Shown here one piece after another: positions 37,585 through 51,132 of a stretch of 64,000 nucleotides of DNA (positions are counted from its first letter, which is position 1; each line of letters begins with the position of its first letter). Under the pieces are notes generated by a model, which did no database searches, had not been told where the DNA came from, and saw nothing but the letters and a program-made list of their open reading frames with translations. The translations under genes and the position numbers were made by a program. This stretch comes from Podarcis tiliguerta (taxonomy: Eukaryota). The stretch lies in NCBI GenBank assembly GCA_965153285.1, contig OZ229111.1. One strand, 5' to 3'.

Positions 37585-37952
37585 CAGTGGTGCCTCGCAA
37601 GACGAAAAGAATCCGTTCCGTGAGTCTTTTCGTCTTGCGGTTTTTTCGTCTTGCGAAGCAAGCCCATTAGCGGAGTAGCGCTATTAGCGCTATTGGCAGT
37701 TTAAGGGCTAAAAACGGCTTTTTAAGGCTTAAGGGATTAGCGGTTTTGCTGCTAAAATGCTTTTAGCAGCTTAGCGCTTCAGAAAAAGGGGTTTTGGAGC
37801 GGAAAAAAACCCTCAAAATTTTTTGTCAATTTTCGTCTTGCGAAGCAAGCCCATAGGGAAATTCGTCTTGCGAAGCGCCTCTGCAAACGGAAAACCCTTT
37901 CGTCTTGCGGGTTTTCCATCTTGCGAGGCATTCGTCTTGCAGGGCACCACTG
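37585..37952. mobile_element. Tc1/mariner (pogo/Tigger-like) MITE, same family as 54411-54777
   Basis: Same TIRs, TA target-site duplication, repeated TCGTCTTGCG motif. Confidence 0.9.
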
Positions 37953-38751
37953 TAAATTAGTTGGATGGTGATTGGAAAACAGGCACTTTGGGGACATGAC
38001 ATATGGCACCTTTCCTAGAGAATATCTAGGGAGGCTCATGTCATCCCAATTCCACGGTGGTGGTGGGAAATCTAAGAACACAGCTCTGACTCAACTCCCT
38101 TTTCTGCAAAGGAATTATTTGCCCTATATCCTTTTGTGAGGTAGGAAACATCCCAAGCCGGCTCCAAGGCAATTCAAAAGGGAAATCACAGCCATCTACT
38201 TTCCCACAGCAGTCCTCCACAGAACATTTCACAGTTGTGGTCTGTTATGAAATGAGAGAGAGAGACACATGACCTCTTCTCACACTGTTGCCTTAGCTAT
38301 TGGTAACATTTCTGAAATGTTTTTCTAACTCCTTTATTTGCCAAGAACACCCTATCATCTCAAGAGCTTTACATCAAACCTCAGCAGCTGAGGGTGAAGC
38401 ATAAAACCACTAGCACGGGGGGAGCCCAGCAAAACAAGCCCAGCTCCCCAGATTGTGCCACATCAGTTGTCAGCTTCTTATAATAGTTCCTTCCATCGCA
38501 CTTTGCATTTAGCAACGTGGGGGTGAGGGGGATAGAGAGAAGAGAGGGGCTGGCTTGTTTTAAACATAGTGTGGGAAGTGAAGGCAGCTTCCCAAAGAAA
38601 AATGAAAAACAAACCCCAAACCCATACAATCTAATGTGGGACAAACGTTTAGAAATGTCAACAGTTGACAAGGAAGAGTGACATGCTTCATAAGGGTGTC
38701 CAATCCAACCGACATTTGTTGTGTGTATTAAGGGCATCAGGCACACAATAT

Positions 38752-38818
38752 GTTGTTGTTTAGTCGTTCAGTCGTGTCCGACTCTTCATGACCCCATGGA
38801 CCAGAGCACGCCAGGCAC
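38752..38818 (-). mobile_element. Very short BovB 3' end
   Basis: (TTG)n tail; direct repeat CAGGCACACAATAT at 38738-38751 and 38812-38825. Confidence 0.85.
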
Positions 38819-41800
38819 ACAATATAGCCATCTCAAAATGAACAACCCAGAACACACAAACCCAGAACAAAATCCCCAATGTGAATTATGAAAGAAGCAC
38901 CAAGAAGGCGCTTCACACGTGCTCAGAAGGGTCGCTAAATATCCCGAAGCCCAACTATAGCCCTGCAGGGCAGAGCTGAAACACAAGCTGCTGGCTCAAG
39001 GGAAAAAATTATGCTTCAGGTTGCTCCCATCAAGCTTTAAGGAGAAAGGGATCAAGATGAGTTGCAGAGAAGCAGCAGAGATACACTCTTCATATCACAC
39101 TTAAATTACAATTATTTTTAATAGATGCATTCCACACTTCCAGTTCTGCAACCATGAATAATGGCTTAATAATGAGACATTAACTACTGGGTGTTTGTGT
39201 GAGATGGAGTCCTTATTCATCAGGATCCCATATGACATTGGCTTTTAGGTCATGCAGGGTTTCTGTGGGAGTGCTGGAAGTATTGAGAATCAAATGTTAT
39301 TCCAACCACAGCCTTGGATTCAATGATCACTACTGGTATTTAAAAAGGAAGCTCAGAACTCCCCCATAGAAGTAACATAATGGCCTGGTTCTGACAATCA
39401 TTTCTCAGCTTAAACAAGCCAGTATATATGCACAAGCCTCTGTCATTATGCTCTCTGTCATTTTGCCACCTTTTCACTCCTTGGCATACACTGCAGTAAG
39501 CTGGGAAGTTTTCAGCTAACCATACCTTCTCATTCCATCCAGACTGGGAAACTATGGTTACCTGGTTTCAGAACCAGCCAGAGTTTTAAACCAGCTATTG
39601 CAATGAAGATGAAAACATTCAAAATGTGAAATGCTAAGTCTGCAGTCCTACACACACTTAACTTGGAGCAAGTCCCGATGAATTCAATGGGGCGTACTTC
39701 TGTATAGAAATGTAGGCTTGCACTGTAATTCCCGTAGGGTCAGAGCAGGTGTGCAGTTGTGAAGTAGCTATTCAACCATGTTTTATGAGCACCAAATCAA
39801 CTCTTTGCCCTCCCTTTTGGCATCACAGGATAGGAAAGTGATTCAGCACCTAAATCAAAGTCGGCCAAAGTAATGAGCAGCCAAACTGTATGGATGGATG
39901 CTAACTTTCTAGTGACTTCTATGGACATGGAGGTCCTTAGACCTTGCTTCCAAGTGTGCACAAGAATGCAGCCTTGGATTTCATTTAGTGTATACTGTAT
40001 ATCTTCAGGGGCACCAAGTTACTCAGCAGATATCGGTTATCAGCCCCGAGAATGTAACAAAACTAAAGAATCCACGTCTGTGCCACTATTGGGCAGAGAT
40101 TTATATTTTATCCTCTCAACAAAACCCTGTAGGATGGATTAAGTTGAGAGATCGTGACTTGCTCAGGGCCACCTAGCAAGCTTCATGGTCGTGCAGGGAT
40201 GGATGTTCAGTTTGGCTACATCTCTAATTAAATTAGGATTGATCTGCCCTTCCAGAGGCCATCATTAAGGTCACAGGCAGACAGAGCACACTGATGCTCC
40301 AGCAAAATCTTACATAACAACTGGGGCTGGCAGGGGGTGGGGGGTGGTATTCACATTCCATTGTCTTACACAAACATACCCGAAATTTATGATAGTGAAA
40401 AACAAACTGTTCTGAACAATATTTTAAATTTAATTTTCAAAATGCAGAACAATTCCCACAATATATTTCATAATAACTAAACACTGAGCTCCTCTTGCTT
40501 GACAGAGGGCCTTCCTAAGTATTACAATTCAGGGGAATGGCGCTTGACGTTCAAACTAGTATTGGTCCTTGGAAAAAGTAATGGAGGGGGGTGGGAGCGA
40601 AAGCCAGGTTGCTGAATCCAGTATCACCAGACCCCCAGTTTTGAATCGAAAAATGTTTTCCAAGGATAGATTGTGCAGCACTCAGATAAATGGGTCACAG
40701 CCCAGTTCATTTCATGCGTTACTTTCTCCCCATAGCCAGAGCTGTGTAAGGGCTTGAAACTAATGCAGAATGCTCAACATTTTTGTTCAGAGATCTGAGA
40801 AGGGAAGGAGGAGATGTTACAGGAGGGATGCACTCAAACCACGGAGAGAAAAGAATTTCTATATATTATGTTAGCTCAAACTACGACAACTTGAGCTTGG
40901 GAAGTTAAGCTAGTCCCGATACATGAAAATGAAAGGTGTTGGTCATCATTGTAATTCCTCCTGAATAACTCTACAGTAACATATAAGCTTTTGAACACCG
41001 CCAATGGCAGCTTTAAACCTACACAAATCCCATCCAGCTTGGCTTCTGGTAGCAATTATTCCGCATATACTGCCTGCATCATTCACCTAATAGAAACGAT
41101 GTTTTAGATTTCTTGACGCCACACAAAAGCAAAAACCTGAGCAGCGCTTACTTTTGTGCTTTGTTTTGCATTCCGAGTGGTTCAAAACATTATCACGGGA
41201 ACAATTTTCCTCCGAGCTAATTACTCTCAATAGAAACACAAGTAACCACTGAGAGCAAGTTTCTGGCAAGGTTTCAAGGCACTGGCGCTGGAAGGGAATA
41301 CAAATGACTTGAGCTTGCTGTTTTAGCAAAACCCTCAACTCGGTTTATTTTTATTCCCATTGTATCAATGCCTACATGGATGTGCTTTCAACACTAACAA
41401 CAAACAGCAGAACTTTTAAGTTATTCCTCCCCTCAAAAAAATTGGCATTACCACAATTATTTGGCATTTATGCTATAACTAGTGAAATTCCATCGTTATG
41501 ATGGACTGGGGTGGGGGGTCCACGTTGCAGGCACTTCAAGATACGCAATTTGGCTGTGTGCATAGACAGAGGAAATCCCATTAATCCCACAGTGCCTGCT
41601 CCAGTATCAAGTTTTGCCGTCCTGCCATAATGTACCCAAGAACAGCAGTTTATGCTCCTGTGCATAACTGCATGCTTTCATTCTCACTTTGGATTGTCTT
41701 CCTCTGTGCACTATTTCAAACGCGCTCTTTTGCGAACTGCATGCAGACTGCAACCAACAGTGTGACATGTACACGTGCATTTCATTGCACACACATGGGC

Positions 41801-44800
41801 AAGTGCAGCTTCCGTACATGTGTGCATGCCATCAGTGAAGCAGACATGTGATCATCACATGATACTTTTTTCCACTCCCCCCCCCCACATGGAAGAGCTT
41901 TCCATTCAGGAGGAAATGCTGCAAGCCCTGTTGATTCAGGCTGCTTTACCCATCAGATTAACTGTGCTCTTGCTTTAATCTCAACTCTCCCACTTTGATT
42001 TGCCCCCACACTAAAACTCCACAGAAGGTCCCGATATACCTCTTGTCCTCCGGCATATATAGGCACCACCGTTTAGCTCAGTTTACTGGACTGGAGTGTT
42101 TGTCTCTTGGGTATGAACGCAATTTCCATCATTCTGCTTGTGGAATGCTCTCCCCAGAGGGGCTCGCCGGGCGCTTTTGTGACATATCTTTAGGCACCAG
42201 GCAAAAACATTCCTCCGATGAAGGGCAGTATAGATGTGTAATAAATAAATAAATTTCACTCTAGCACCCATTACAATGCCTCTCCCCCTTTTTCATTTCC
42301 CCCTATGAGGCATCAACTACCAGGCTGTGTACACACCGTACCTTTAAAGCACATTTGAAGCACATTCTTGCCCTCAAATATTTCTGGGCACAGGAGTTTG
42401 CCCTTCACAGAGTTACAATTCCCAGCAACTCCTAACAAACTTACCCCTTAACAGTGCCAGCAGCAGTGCACAAGCTCAACTGTCATATATAACAGCCGCA
42501 GTTGCACTATATATTTTGCACATGCAAATGTCGCCGCACACAATGTTCCACTGACTACCCTATTAACAAGGGTTCCGGCTAGTGGGATGGCTGCTATGCC
42601 AGCAGAAAGACACCTCTGAATATTACCCTACATTCATTTAAAGAATTTGCATCTTCAGAAAATCCCAGTGCAGGAGTTAGCCAACCCTGAGTTGGTTCAT
42701 TTCAAAACACAGAGTTCCACTTGACTTATGCCATAGGCTGCAACACAATAAATAAACCTCCAGATGGCCAGAGAAAATGCTTGTGTGAATTAGCACAAGC
42801 TAAAAGCCAGGAAGGAAACAATATAATTGCTCAAATGAGCAGTTAGAAACCCATAGATGCAAGGCTCAGATCGTTTTAACTAACCTGTGCCTTTCATAGA
42901 GTGCAATGAGATTACTGTACAATGTATACAGTTATATGTACACAATGTATATATAAGAGCAGCTGTACATTTTGTAATTGTTTCATTTCTTCTTAACAGG
43001 AGGTTCCTGCAGACCCAACATAAATATACAAAACACTTCCCAAACTTTCCATCTGACATTTCAAACACACTACAAGGCACAGTCTTAGTTTGTGCCTCAT
43101 AAATGTGCATTTAAATGATGTTGCCATTCAGAGACACCCACAGTGTTGGCTTAGAAAGCCATTCCTTGGCTTCTGTCTTGTTTAGATGCCAACATTTACA
43201 CAATTAAGGATTTGCAATGGCCAGAGACATCTGGCAACTCAAACAAAACATTGGCTGTGTTCTAGACAGGATAATGGCACACACAGAGGTTTGACAATCA
43301 GCCTTCAAAAAAGAAATTATTCTGAAAGAAAAAAATTGTTGTTTGTTTTAGTAAGCATACTAAGGCATACATAAAACTAGTATATCCCAGGGTTTTATTG
43401 GGAAGGAGATCTCTCATTCTTTCACAGAGCTAGATAAAAGGTGTCTGAAAGAGACAGCACAGAGTGGTTAAATGCATAATGGACATGAAATTTCATTCAT
43501 GCATGTTGCGCGAATGCATATCACAGACTTGAGGAATTCAAGGCTGATAGAGGTTTGGACTGTTAGCTGAACTGTGTTTGCATACTCTCAGGTCCAAGAT
43601 AATGTGATATATATATATGTGCAGTGTCAACATCACATATGGGACTTCCAACAGACAGTTCACATTTCTATAATCAACTTATGTCAATAGGAAGATACTA
43701 TTTAGCCTCAGTAGAAATGGTAGGTTCAGGCCCATAATTACAGCTGCTCATCATTACTAGAGTAAAAGCAGGGTTCGAAATTAGCAGGGAGCCAAGTGCA
43801 TTTCATGCATAAAGATTCTCCATTTGCAAGCAGCTCAAAAAGTCTAGGTCCCATTTTTTTGCACCTGGCTGACACTCAAGGATTATTGAAATGTATGTGC
43901 TTTGAAGCCTCAAAGTATATGTTAAGGATAGACAATATGTTAAGAATACAGTAGAGTAAGCACCAAATTAAACATGTATTAACAATTTCTGTTAGAAATG
44001 TGATATTAACAATATGTCACTTATGTGAATTGCGTACTAGTTCATGCCTATGCAATAATAAATAAAAAGTGTTGCTGAACGGCAACTAGACACTCTGTTT
44101 TGGCGTCCACAACCCAGGAGCCATTTGGCTCCTAGCTTTTCTCTCCCAGTTTCTAACACAGAGTAAAAGCCACTAGCAAACAGAAAAGCTCACTTTTGCT
44201 TCTCTCTGTTATGCACTGCAAGTTTCGAGTTGCGTAAGTAATCGCAGCAATATATTGGCAGCCAACTATGTGGGTAATACTTCTGCTGAGCATCTGACTT
44301 CCCCGCCCAGGAATTATTAAATTAAGGACAGGGAACCTGTGGTCCTCCTGACTCCAACTCCCACGAGCCCTGATCATCAGCCACCATAGCAGGGTTTTTT
44401 GTTTTTCAAAAAGCATATCTGGAGGGCCAAAGGTTTCCCACTCCATTAAGATTAAATGCACCGAGAAGAATCCCCTTTGGGCGACAGCTGGTTCAGAATG
44501 AAAGAGGCTCATCTCTTTGAGATCCTGCACACAACATCCACAAGAAACAGCCCTTGTTTTCAGTGCGACTTGCTCAGAGGTGAGCAGTGGGAGTCGAGCC
44601 CATGCAGACACGCACAAGATCGAGCTGCAAGGACGCTTTTTTGAATTGCAGCTGCTGTTTCCATTCCTGAAGGCCAGCTGCCCATCTCCTGCCGCAGAGC
44701 CTAAACAAATACTGCAGGGCAGGGCGAAAAGTCCATCGGAATGGGAAGATCCCCGATAATTTGGAAAGAGAAAGTCGGCTGGTGGGTCTTATCCGACTCC

Positions 44801-45447
44801 CTACGACAGTCCACTCCTTGGGTGCAGGCCACATGTATGAAAACGCGGCAGCGGCGGCAGCCTTGGCGCCTGGTGCAGCTGTACAAAACCCATGGAGGAG
44901 TCCCCCCCCCCCCCCACGGAGGCTGCAACCCTACCCAGAAATAAGCCCCACTGAATTCGGCGGGGCTTACCCCAGGTAAGAGGGGTGGGAAACGCAGCCT
45001 TAGCTCCCACAGAGTCGCGCTCACTGAGGACTACAGGTCGCCCCCACCCCAGTCCCTCCATCGCCATCTATCCTGGCAGAAAGGCACAAGCCCCCCCCTG
45101 CCCCCCTCCACCCTGCCAAACGCGTGTTTCGTGGCGGGGCTGGCAATCTGGTGAGTAAGTGACAACACGCCTGCCTGCTGGAGAGTGCGCCCAGACGCGC
45201 AGCCTCTTCTGCAGAAGGCGGCGACTCCCTTCCCCGGGAGATCCCTGATGTCCCAAGCTCAGCCCAATTCAGACAGGCAGCCCTGGCGCGGCCCGGAGCC
45301 CCGTCCCTAAACTCCCCCACGGCGAGCCCTTTCCCAGGGCGCAGACCCCGCCAGTCGGGGTCTCTTAGCTCTCGGAGGGAGCGGCGTGCGCGCGGCGCCC
45401 CTGCCCTCCTGGCTAGAGACGAGGCTGCTGCTGCGGCTGCTACTCAC

Positions 45448-45477
45448 AGAGAAGCGCTCCAGCTCCGTCGCAGCCAT
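45448..45477 (-). CDS. SEPTIN8: Septin-8 coding exon 1 (MAATELERFS)
   Basis: Strong Kozak context CCAGCCATGG inside the CpG island; 30 nt, then donor GTGAGT (45447-45442), phase 0. Confidence 0.93.
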
Positions 45478-45832
45478 GGCTGGGAGATCCGGGGGCCGAA
45501 GGGCGAAGGGGTTCCTGCTCCTGGGGCTCTAGGCAGCCGTCTTGCCGGGAACCTGCTCCTCTCCTCCTGCTCCTCCTCCCTGGGCTGAGGCAACTGAATG
45601 AATCCAATATGGCCACTTCCTGGAAACTCCCCCTTCTCCGGCTGGGGAGGACGCGGGACGCCGCCCTCGCCCGGAGCGCCGCGGGGCGGCGAGGAGCTGG
45701 CGGAACCGGGGAGCCCGCTCGTCCCACGGAGCCTCGACGCCCAGCCCGTCCGGCAGGAGAACGCCCCGCGAGCGGCAAGGGGGAAGGCGGCGGCGCCGAA
45801 CCGCAGCTGCCCGGCGTGTGCGGTCCGGAGAA

Positions 45833-45853
45833 GGATGCCGGGAGTTGTAGTCC
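45833..45853 (-). promoter_or_regulatory. ZNF143/THAP11-type ACTACAnnTCCC motif
   Basis: Minus strand reads GGACTACAACTCCCGGCATCC, next to a CCAAT box in the CpG island. Confidence 0.6.
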
Positions 45854-46720
45854 GGGGCTTGATTGGGTCGCTGCGTTTTTCGGGCGGAATTCGGCGAGGC
45901 TGGAGAGAAGCTGCGCAGCTTTCCTTCCAAGAGCTCCCCAGGTATCAGCGCAGAGATCATTGCCGCCTAACCTACCTCACAGGATTGTTGTGGGGGTAGC
46001 AGGGGGAGAGCGGGAAGCATGAGACCCCCCGGGTATAGGGTGGTTCAATAAACAATATTCAATAAGCAATAATAATAATATACTCCGCCTTGAGCTCCTT
46101 GGAAGAAAAGGTGGGCTACAGAGGCAATAAAGAAAGAGACGCAGAAAACGTGAGACCTTGATATTATGCTCCTTTCTCTATCTTGCTGGGAGGGGAAGAG
46201 TGGCTTGTCTATAACCCCAACACCATCCACTCCAACCAGATGTCCTTTAGATCTTGTTAGATCACAGCTCCCAGCATCACTCAGCATTGGCCATGTTGGC
46301 TGAGACTGGTGGGAAGTGGAGGACCAAATCATCCTGGAGGGTCACTTGGAGCGCAAAACCTATGATGTTTCCTAGGAAGAAAGCAGCACAGGATTTATCA
46401 CTCTGCGGGTGGTTCCCCTGCACCAGGTGCTGAGCTGAAGGGGCGCAAAATGGAGAAGATCCATTTGGGGGGTGCCAGATTTTGGGCTCTCTCAGGGCAC
46501 CATATTATCAAAGATTACCCTGAAGGAAGCCCCAATGAATTAAAGGGGGCTCATTTGGAATAAGAGGGCAGCCTTTGAGAGCGACTGGAAGTTTTCAATC
46601 AAAGGTGTTCCCATTTGTTGACTTATTTGCAACAGTCGCACAACTCCACTTATTGTTAGCCACTATGTTGCACCAAGTATTCAAAAGTTCTGTGGGCTCA
46701 TAGGAATGCCCATCCTACTA

Positions 46721-46946
46721 CAGTTGTACCTCAGGTTAAGAACTTAATTCGTTCTGGAGGTCCATTCTTAACCTGAAACTGTTCTTAACCTGAAGCACCA
46801 CTTTAGCTAATGGGGCCTCCTGCTGCCGCCACGCTGCTGCTGCGCGATTTCTGTTCTCATCCTGAATCAAAGTTCTTAACCCAAGGTACTATTTCTGGGT
46901 TAGCAGAGTCTGTAACCTGAAGCGTCTGTAACCCAAGGTACCACTG
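46721..46946. mobile_element. Tigger/pogo-like MITE
   Basis: TIRs and TA TSD; close homologue of 22737-22978. Confidence 0.88.
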
Positions 46947-48326
46947 TATTCTGATCACAATATGTTTGTGCTGAACAATATATCTGTTATAAGTCCCACG
47001 GGTGTTGGGGTGGGGAAGCACTTCATGAAGACTGCATGGGAGGCCTGTTTCCATCTGGGTCTCAAATGGCCTTGTTTCTGGAGCCAGCCCAAGTAGTAAC
47101 TTGGGGGAAAGCAAAAACATTTAATCAAGCAATGGATATTATGATCAGCATCTTCTTTGCAGCTGCTTGGGGTGCCTCAAATATAAACATTTAAATGTTG
47201 TTTTTATGTCACTCCACACTTTAAAAAATAATGAAGTGGTGTACAACGCAATGGAAAAATTTAAAATAAAACCAATACCTTTCCAGTACAACCATAAAAC
47301 TAGCAAATCCTAAGCAAGCAGATTAAGAGCAAGCTGGTATTAATATCCTAACAAAGCAGGCCTGGCCTGGCCTAATCCTTTGTCCAGTTGAGAGATGAGA
47401 GCCATACACTGTGAGCTTGTTCACATCTTCCCCTTTGAAGATGAGATTAGATACCATTTTGTCAAATACAAAATCCACTTTGAATGTAAGAGAGTTATTT
47501 ATACGTTTCATCAATCTTCTCACATGAAGATGTCTCAAAGCACTTACAAATCCATGAAAACCAAAACACCTTGATATTCAAAACCAAAATGCATCAAATA
47601 AAAATACAATAAAACAAAACCCCTAAAAGTGCTCATCCACTAGTAATGGATGAATCCTACCAAAGCTCTCCTCTCCTCCAGACTTGAAGATGAATACCCA
47701 AAACCAGGCCAGATATCACAGAGTATGTAACTAATTACCATGTTCAAGCATGTTCAGGCCCGAGTCCCTGTCAGAGAGAAAGGCAGGGTATAAATAAATA
47801 TATACTGGTAATGTAATAACATTCACTTGTTCACATAAATGAAGAGGGTATTTTTCTCTCCACTTAATTTTTGTACCCTCAAAAGCTACATTTCAGTGGC
47901 TGTGAACGGTTTTCTTATTATACTACAGGACATTTCACTTTCCTGGGCTTGCTGCAATCCAAACCAGCGTGAGCAAAGCCACTGCTGCACCTCAGCACCA
48001 CTGCTCACACCAGCCAGGTTGACAGGAAGGGTGTGGCGGGGGGGGGGAAACACCCCTTGCTGTGCCAGATCCCAGGGTGGTTCAGTGATGTTGCTGTCAC
48101 ATGATGGGAGGAGGGCTGGCTCAGGAGCCAGCTCTGCTCTCACCATTTCCATTTCCAGTGGGGATGCTGCCAGCAGTGGCTTCCATTTGAGGAGGTACAA
48201 CTGCAGTGCTCCTCACCAGCTGAGCCAGGCAGGTCTGGCTAAACCTCCTTCAGTATGATGGATTGAGTTTGTGTGTGCAGATGGCTCTGGTAGGCAGGGC
48301 AAAAGTTGGCATTGATGTTCCTTTGA

Positions 48327-48552
48327 TACTACTACTACTAATAATAATAATTTATTAGTTTATACTCTGCCCATCTGGCTGGGTTTCCCCAGCCACTCTG
48401 GGCAGCTTCCAACAGAATATTAAAATACAACAATCTATTAAACATTAAAAGCTTCCCTAAACAGGGCTGCCTTCAGTCTGGTAGTTGTTTTTCTCTTTGA
48501 CATCTGGTGGGAGGGCGTTCCACAGGGCAGGTCCCACTACCGAGAAGGCCCT
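48327..48552 (-). mobile_element. L2 LINE 3' end, same family as 36748
   Basis: Reverse complement of the 37020-37200 region; (TAA/TAC)n tail. Confidence 0.8.
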
Positions 48553-48905
48553 CCTTTCTTACAATAATAGGAAAGAAAGACCTGTTATGCACTATGACTG
48601 AGTGTTAGAGGCTATGCAAGATCATGCACTAATCTTTTCTGGATACTTACTGTCCTTATAATTTTCAAGTGAGCAAGACCAGAGATGTGGCACTCATCTC
48701 TAAAACCAATTAAGAAAATCGGAATTCAGGGTTTGGAAATCAGATATAATTCAGTTTGGGAGATGGAAGATGTAGACAGGGAGATTCGTTTTTAAAATAA
48801 GCCCTGTCTTCACTACTACAAAATGAAGATCTGTTGAAGAAGTTTCCATTTTTCTTATGGGACCAGATTAGTCACTTACACAGTGGTTTACATCAAAAGG
48901 AGAAG

Positions 48906-49356
48906 CAGGGCTGTCTTTAGCAGATGCGGCACCGGGGTGCAAATATCCACCCAGTGCCCTCCCCCCCCAATTACCACAGATGGTGTTGGGGTGGCCTTAG
49001 CTGTGCAATGCCAGCTATCTGGGGGGGGGGGGGTGTGCAACTCTCCCTCATGCCGCTGCGGGAGAGCAATCCCCACAGAGGCTTGGGAGTGAAGTTGTGC
49101 CCCTTCCAAGCCTCCGTGGGAGGAGAGCGCAGCTTCCCTCCCAAGCCTCCTCGGGAGGAGAGTGATCCCCGCAGAGGCTAGGGAGGGAAGCTGCAAGACC
49201 GCCAGTCTTATGGTTGGCGGGGCGCAGCTGGCAGGCATGCAGAGAAAGGGGAGGCCGCTGGCAAAGCCGCACAGTTTCCCCACTTGCTGGGGTGCCCCTG
49301 AGAGGCCGGCGCCCTGGCATGACGCACCACTAAGCCCTATGGGAAAGACGGCTCTG
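48906..49356. mobile_element. hAT MITE
   Basis: TIR CAGGGCTGTCTT / AAGACGGCTCTG; perfect 8-bp TSD AGGAGAAG. Confidence 0.88.
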
Positions 49357-50782
49357 AGGAGAAGCATGAATCACTGCACCATAGAAAGCAGTACATTCCA
49401 ACCACGGCAGCCTGTCAAGGAGATCACTTGGTAAAGATGGTTACGACACAATGTTGATATTGACTGATAAGTGTAGAGAGCATACAAATAATGGAAACGT
49501 TTGTTTCTGTGAAGTTAGGTATCTGTAAAGCAAGTATGTTTGTGTTGTGAGGTACTTGTTTTCACAAACTATTATTGCACAGGCAGCTCAACATTTATCA
49601 TGACAGAGTCTCACTCAGTCACTTCGGAGTAGAGTTACACTGAGGCTTTTCTTTACAAACAGGCAGCTTTAGATACCTGGCCAATGTGCAACAAGTAGGG
49701 CTTGCCCCACTGTGTTTTCCAACTCATACAATTGGAAGGAATCCTGAATGCCATCTCGTCCAACCCCCTGCTCCACGCGTGAATTGCAGGACAGGATAAG
49801 GACATGAGAAGAACATGAGACAAAAGTCTATCTAGTTAGGGTGGTCATATGTTGTTTTTTACAGAGCAATGTCCTGCATCTGAAGAACTGCCAGAGGATA
49901 GTCAGCCCTCAGTTTGAAGGGTTGCCTGGTTTAAGCCCAGATTGCAGATTAAAAGAAAAACTCACAAGGAGGGAGAGGAGGACCTTTTAGAGTTGCCCAT
50001 CGACAGGTAGCAACCTGGACAATGTTCAGGTCACCTAGTCACAGTTCAGGAGCGAAATGAGGATTTATTTCACCCGGGTCAAAGATCCAGTTTGGCACAC
50101 ACATCCCATGTGCATTTGTGTACACACACAGGCTGGGAGTCTCAATGGTGTCCCTCTGGAAGCTTCACCCGGGGTAAAAAAACATGGCTAGCCTCCCCCA
50201 CCCCCACCCCCTGTAGCTATGGCTCTCCACAGGCTTCCCAACTATAGTAAGATGCACTGCATTTCTATCAAAATTGTTGTTTCTAAATGTGCATTCCCTA
50301 CATACAAATCAACCCCTTTATGCAGACCTGCATCATACTTTGTCCTCTCTTTTGGTGATGCTTTGGCAAGGTGGAAGTGTTCAGTTCAGCATTCTTTCCC
50401 AACAGGAGCCCTCTCTCGCTCGTGTTCCCCAGCAGCTGGTATTCAGAGAGGCCTCTTATGCTGGAGACAGTGCACAGCCATCATGACTAGTAACCATGGA
50501 CGGACTTATCCTCCATGAATTTGTCTAATCCTCTTTTAAATGAAGCAGCTACAGCATCTGTGGCAGATGGCCATGCGGCCTCTCCTTGAATACCTCCAGT
50601 CAAGGAAAGCTCCCCACCTTTTGGGGAAGCCGCCTCTTCCGCTGCTGAACAGCTTGTTCTGTGAGGATGTTTCTCTTAACGTTTAGCTGAAATCTGTTCC
50701 CCTGAAATTTCCAGCTGTTTTTTTCCCTAGCCCCCCTAGAGGACAAATTCTGTTCCATCTTCTGAGTGTCATCCTTTTAGAT

Positions 50783-51132
50783 CAGGAGTCACCAACCTTT
50801 CTGAAACATTTCGTGGTCACATTTCAAATTTTGAGATAGTGCTGGGCGTGCCAGCCACAAAATGGCTGCCATGGGGAGCATGACATAAGATAAAATAGAG
50901 CAACAGCCATCTGCAAGAATTTTATACTTATCATGCCAGCATTATACACACACACACGTGGCCACATCACACTCAATCTGCACATTTTGTCCCATAATGT
51001 TCTTTCTAGAAGGGCTAGAGAAGTTCTTATTTTTTAAAGTAGAAAACTCAGAGGCCAGGGCATCTGTCTGGGGGCACGAAAGAAAGCTTTCAAAGGTGCC
51101 ATGGTGACCGTGGGCACCATGCCCACAACCCG
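50783..51132. mobile_element. hAT MITE inserted in an old CR1-like fragment
   Basis: Perfect 8-bp TSD TTTTAGAT (50775-50782 / 51133-51140); starts CAGGAGTCACCAACCT. Confidence 0.7.

Larger units (their letters stand above)
780..45600 (-). other. SEPTIN8: Septin-8 gene locus (SEPT6-group septin); outer boundaries approximate
   Basis: Ten exons splice in frame to [33 protein letters not shown]...GETGIGKS...DAVGFG...AKAD...KDKDKKN*. The N-terminus MAAT(D/E)LERFS and the segments [15 protein letters not shown] and [10 protein letters not shown] match my recollection of SEPTIN8 rather than SEPTIN6/10/11. Confidence 0.93.
44800..46050. promoter_or_regulatory. CpG-island promoter of SEPTIN8
   Basis: Sharp rise in GC and CpG content around exon 1; CCAAT at 45604-45608 and ATTGG at 45862-45866; ETS-like ACTTCC near 45615; GC-rich boxes. 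Confidence 0.9.

Noticed and set aside
44700-46022. Many overlapping 60-143 aa Arg/Pro/Gly-rich ORFs
   Set aside because: Expected from stop-codon scarcity in a CpG island; only the 10-codon exon 1 has homology and splice support.
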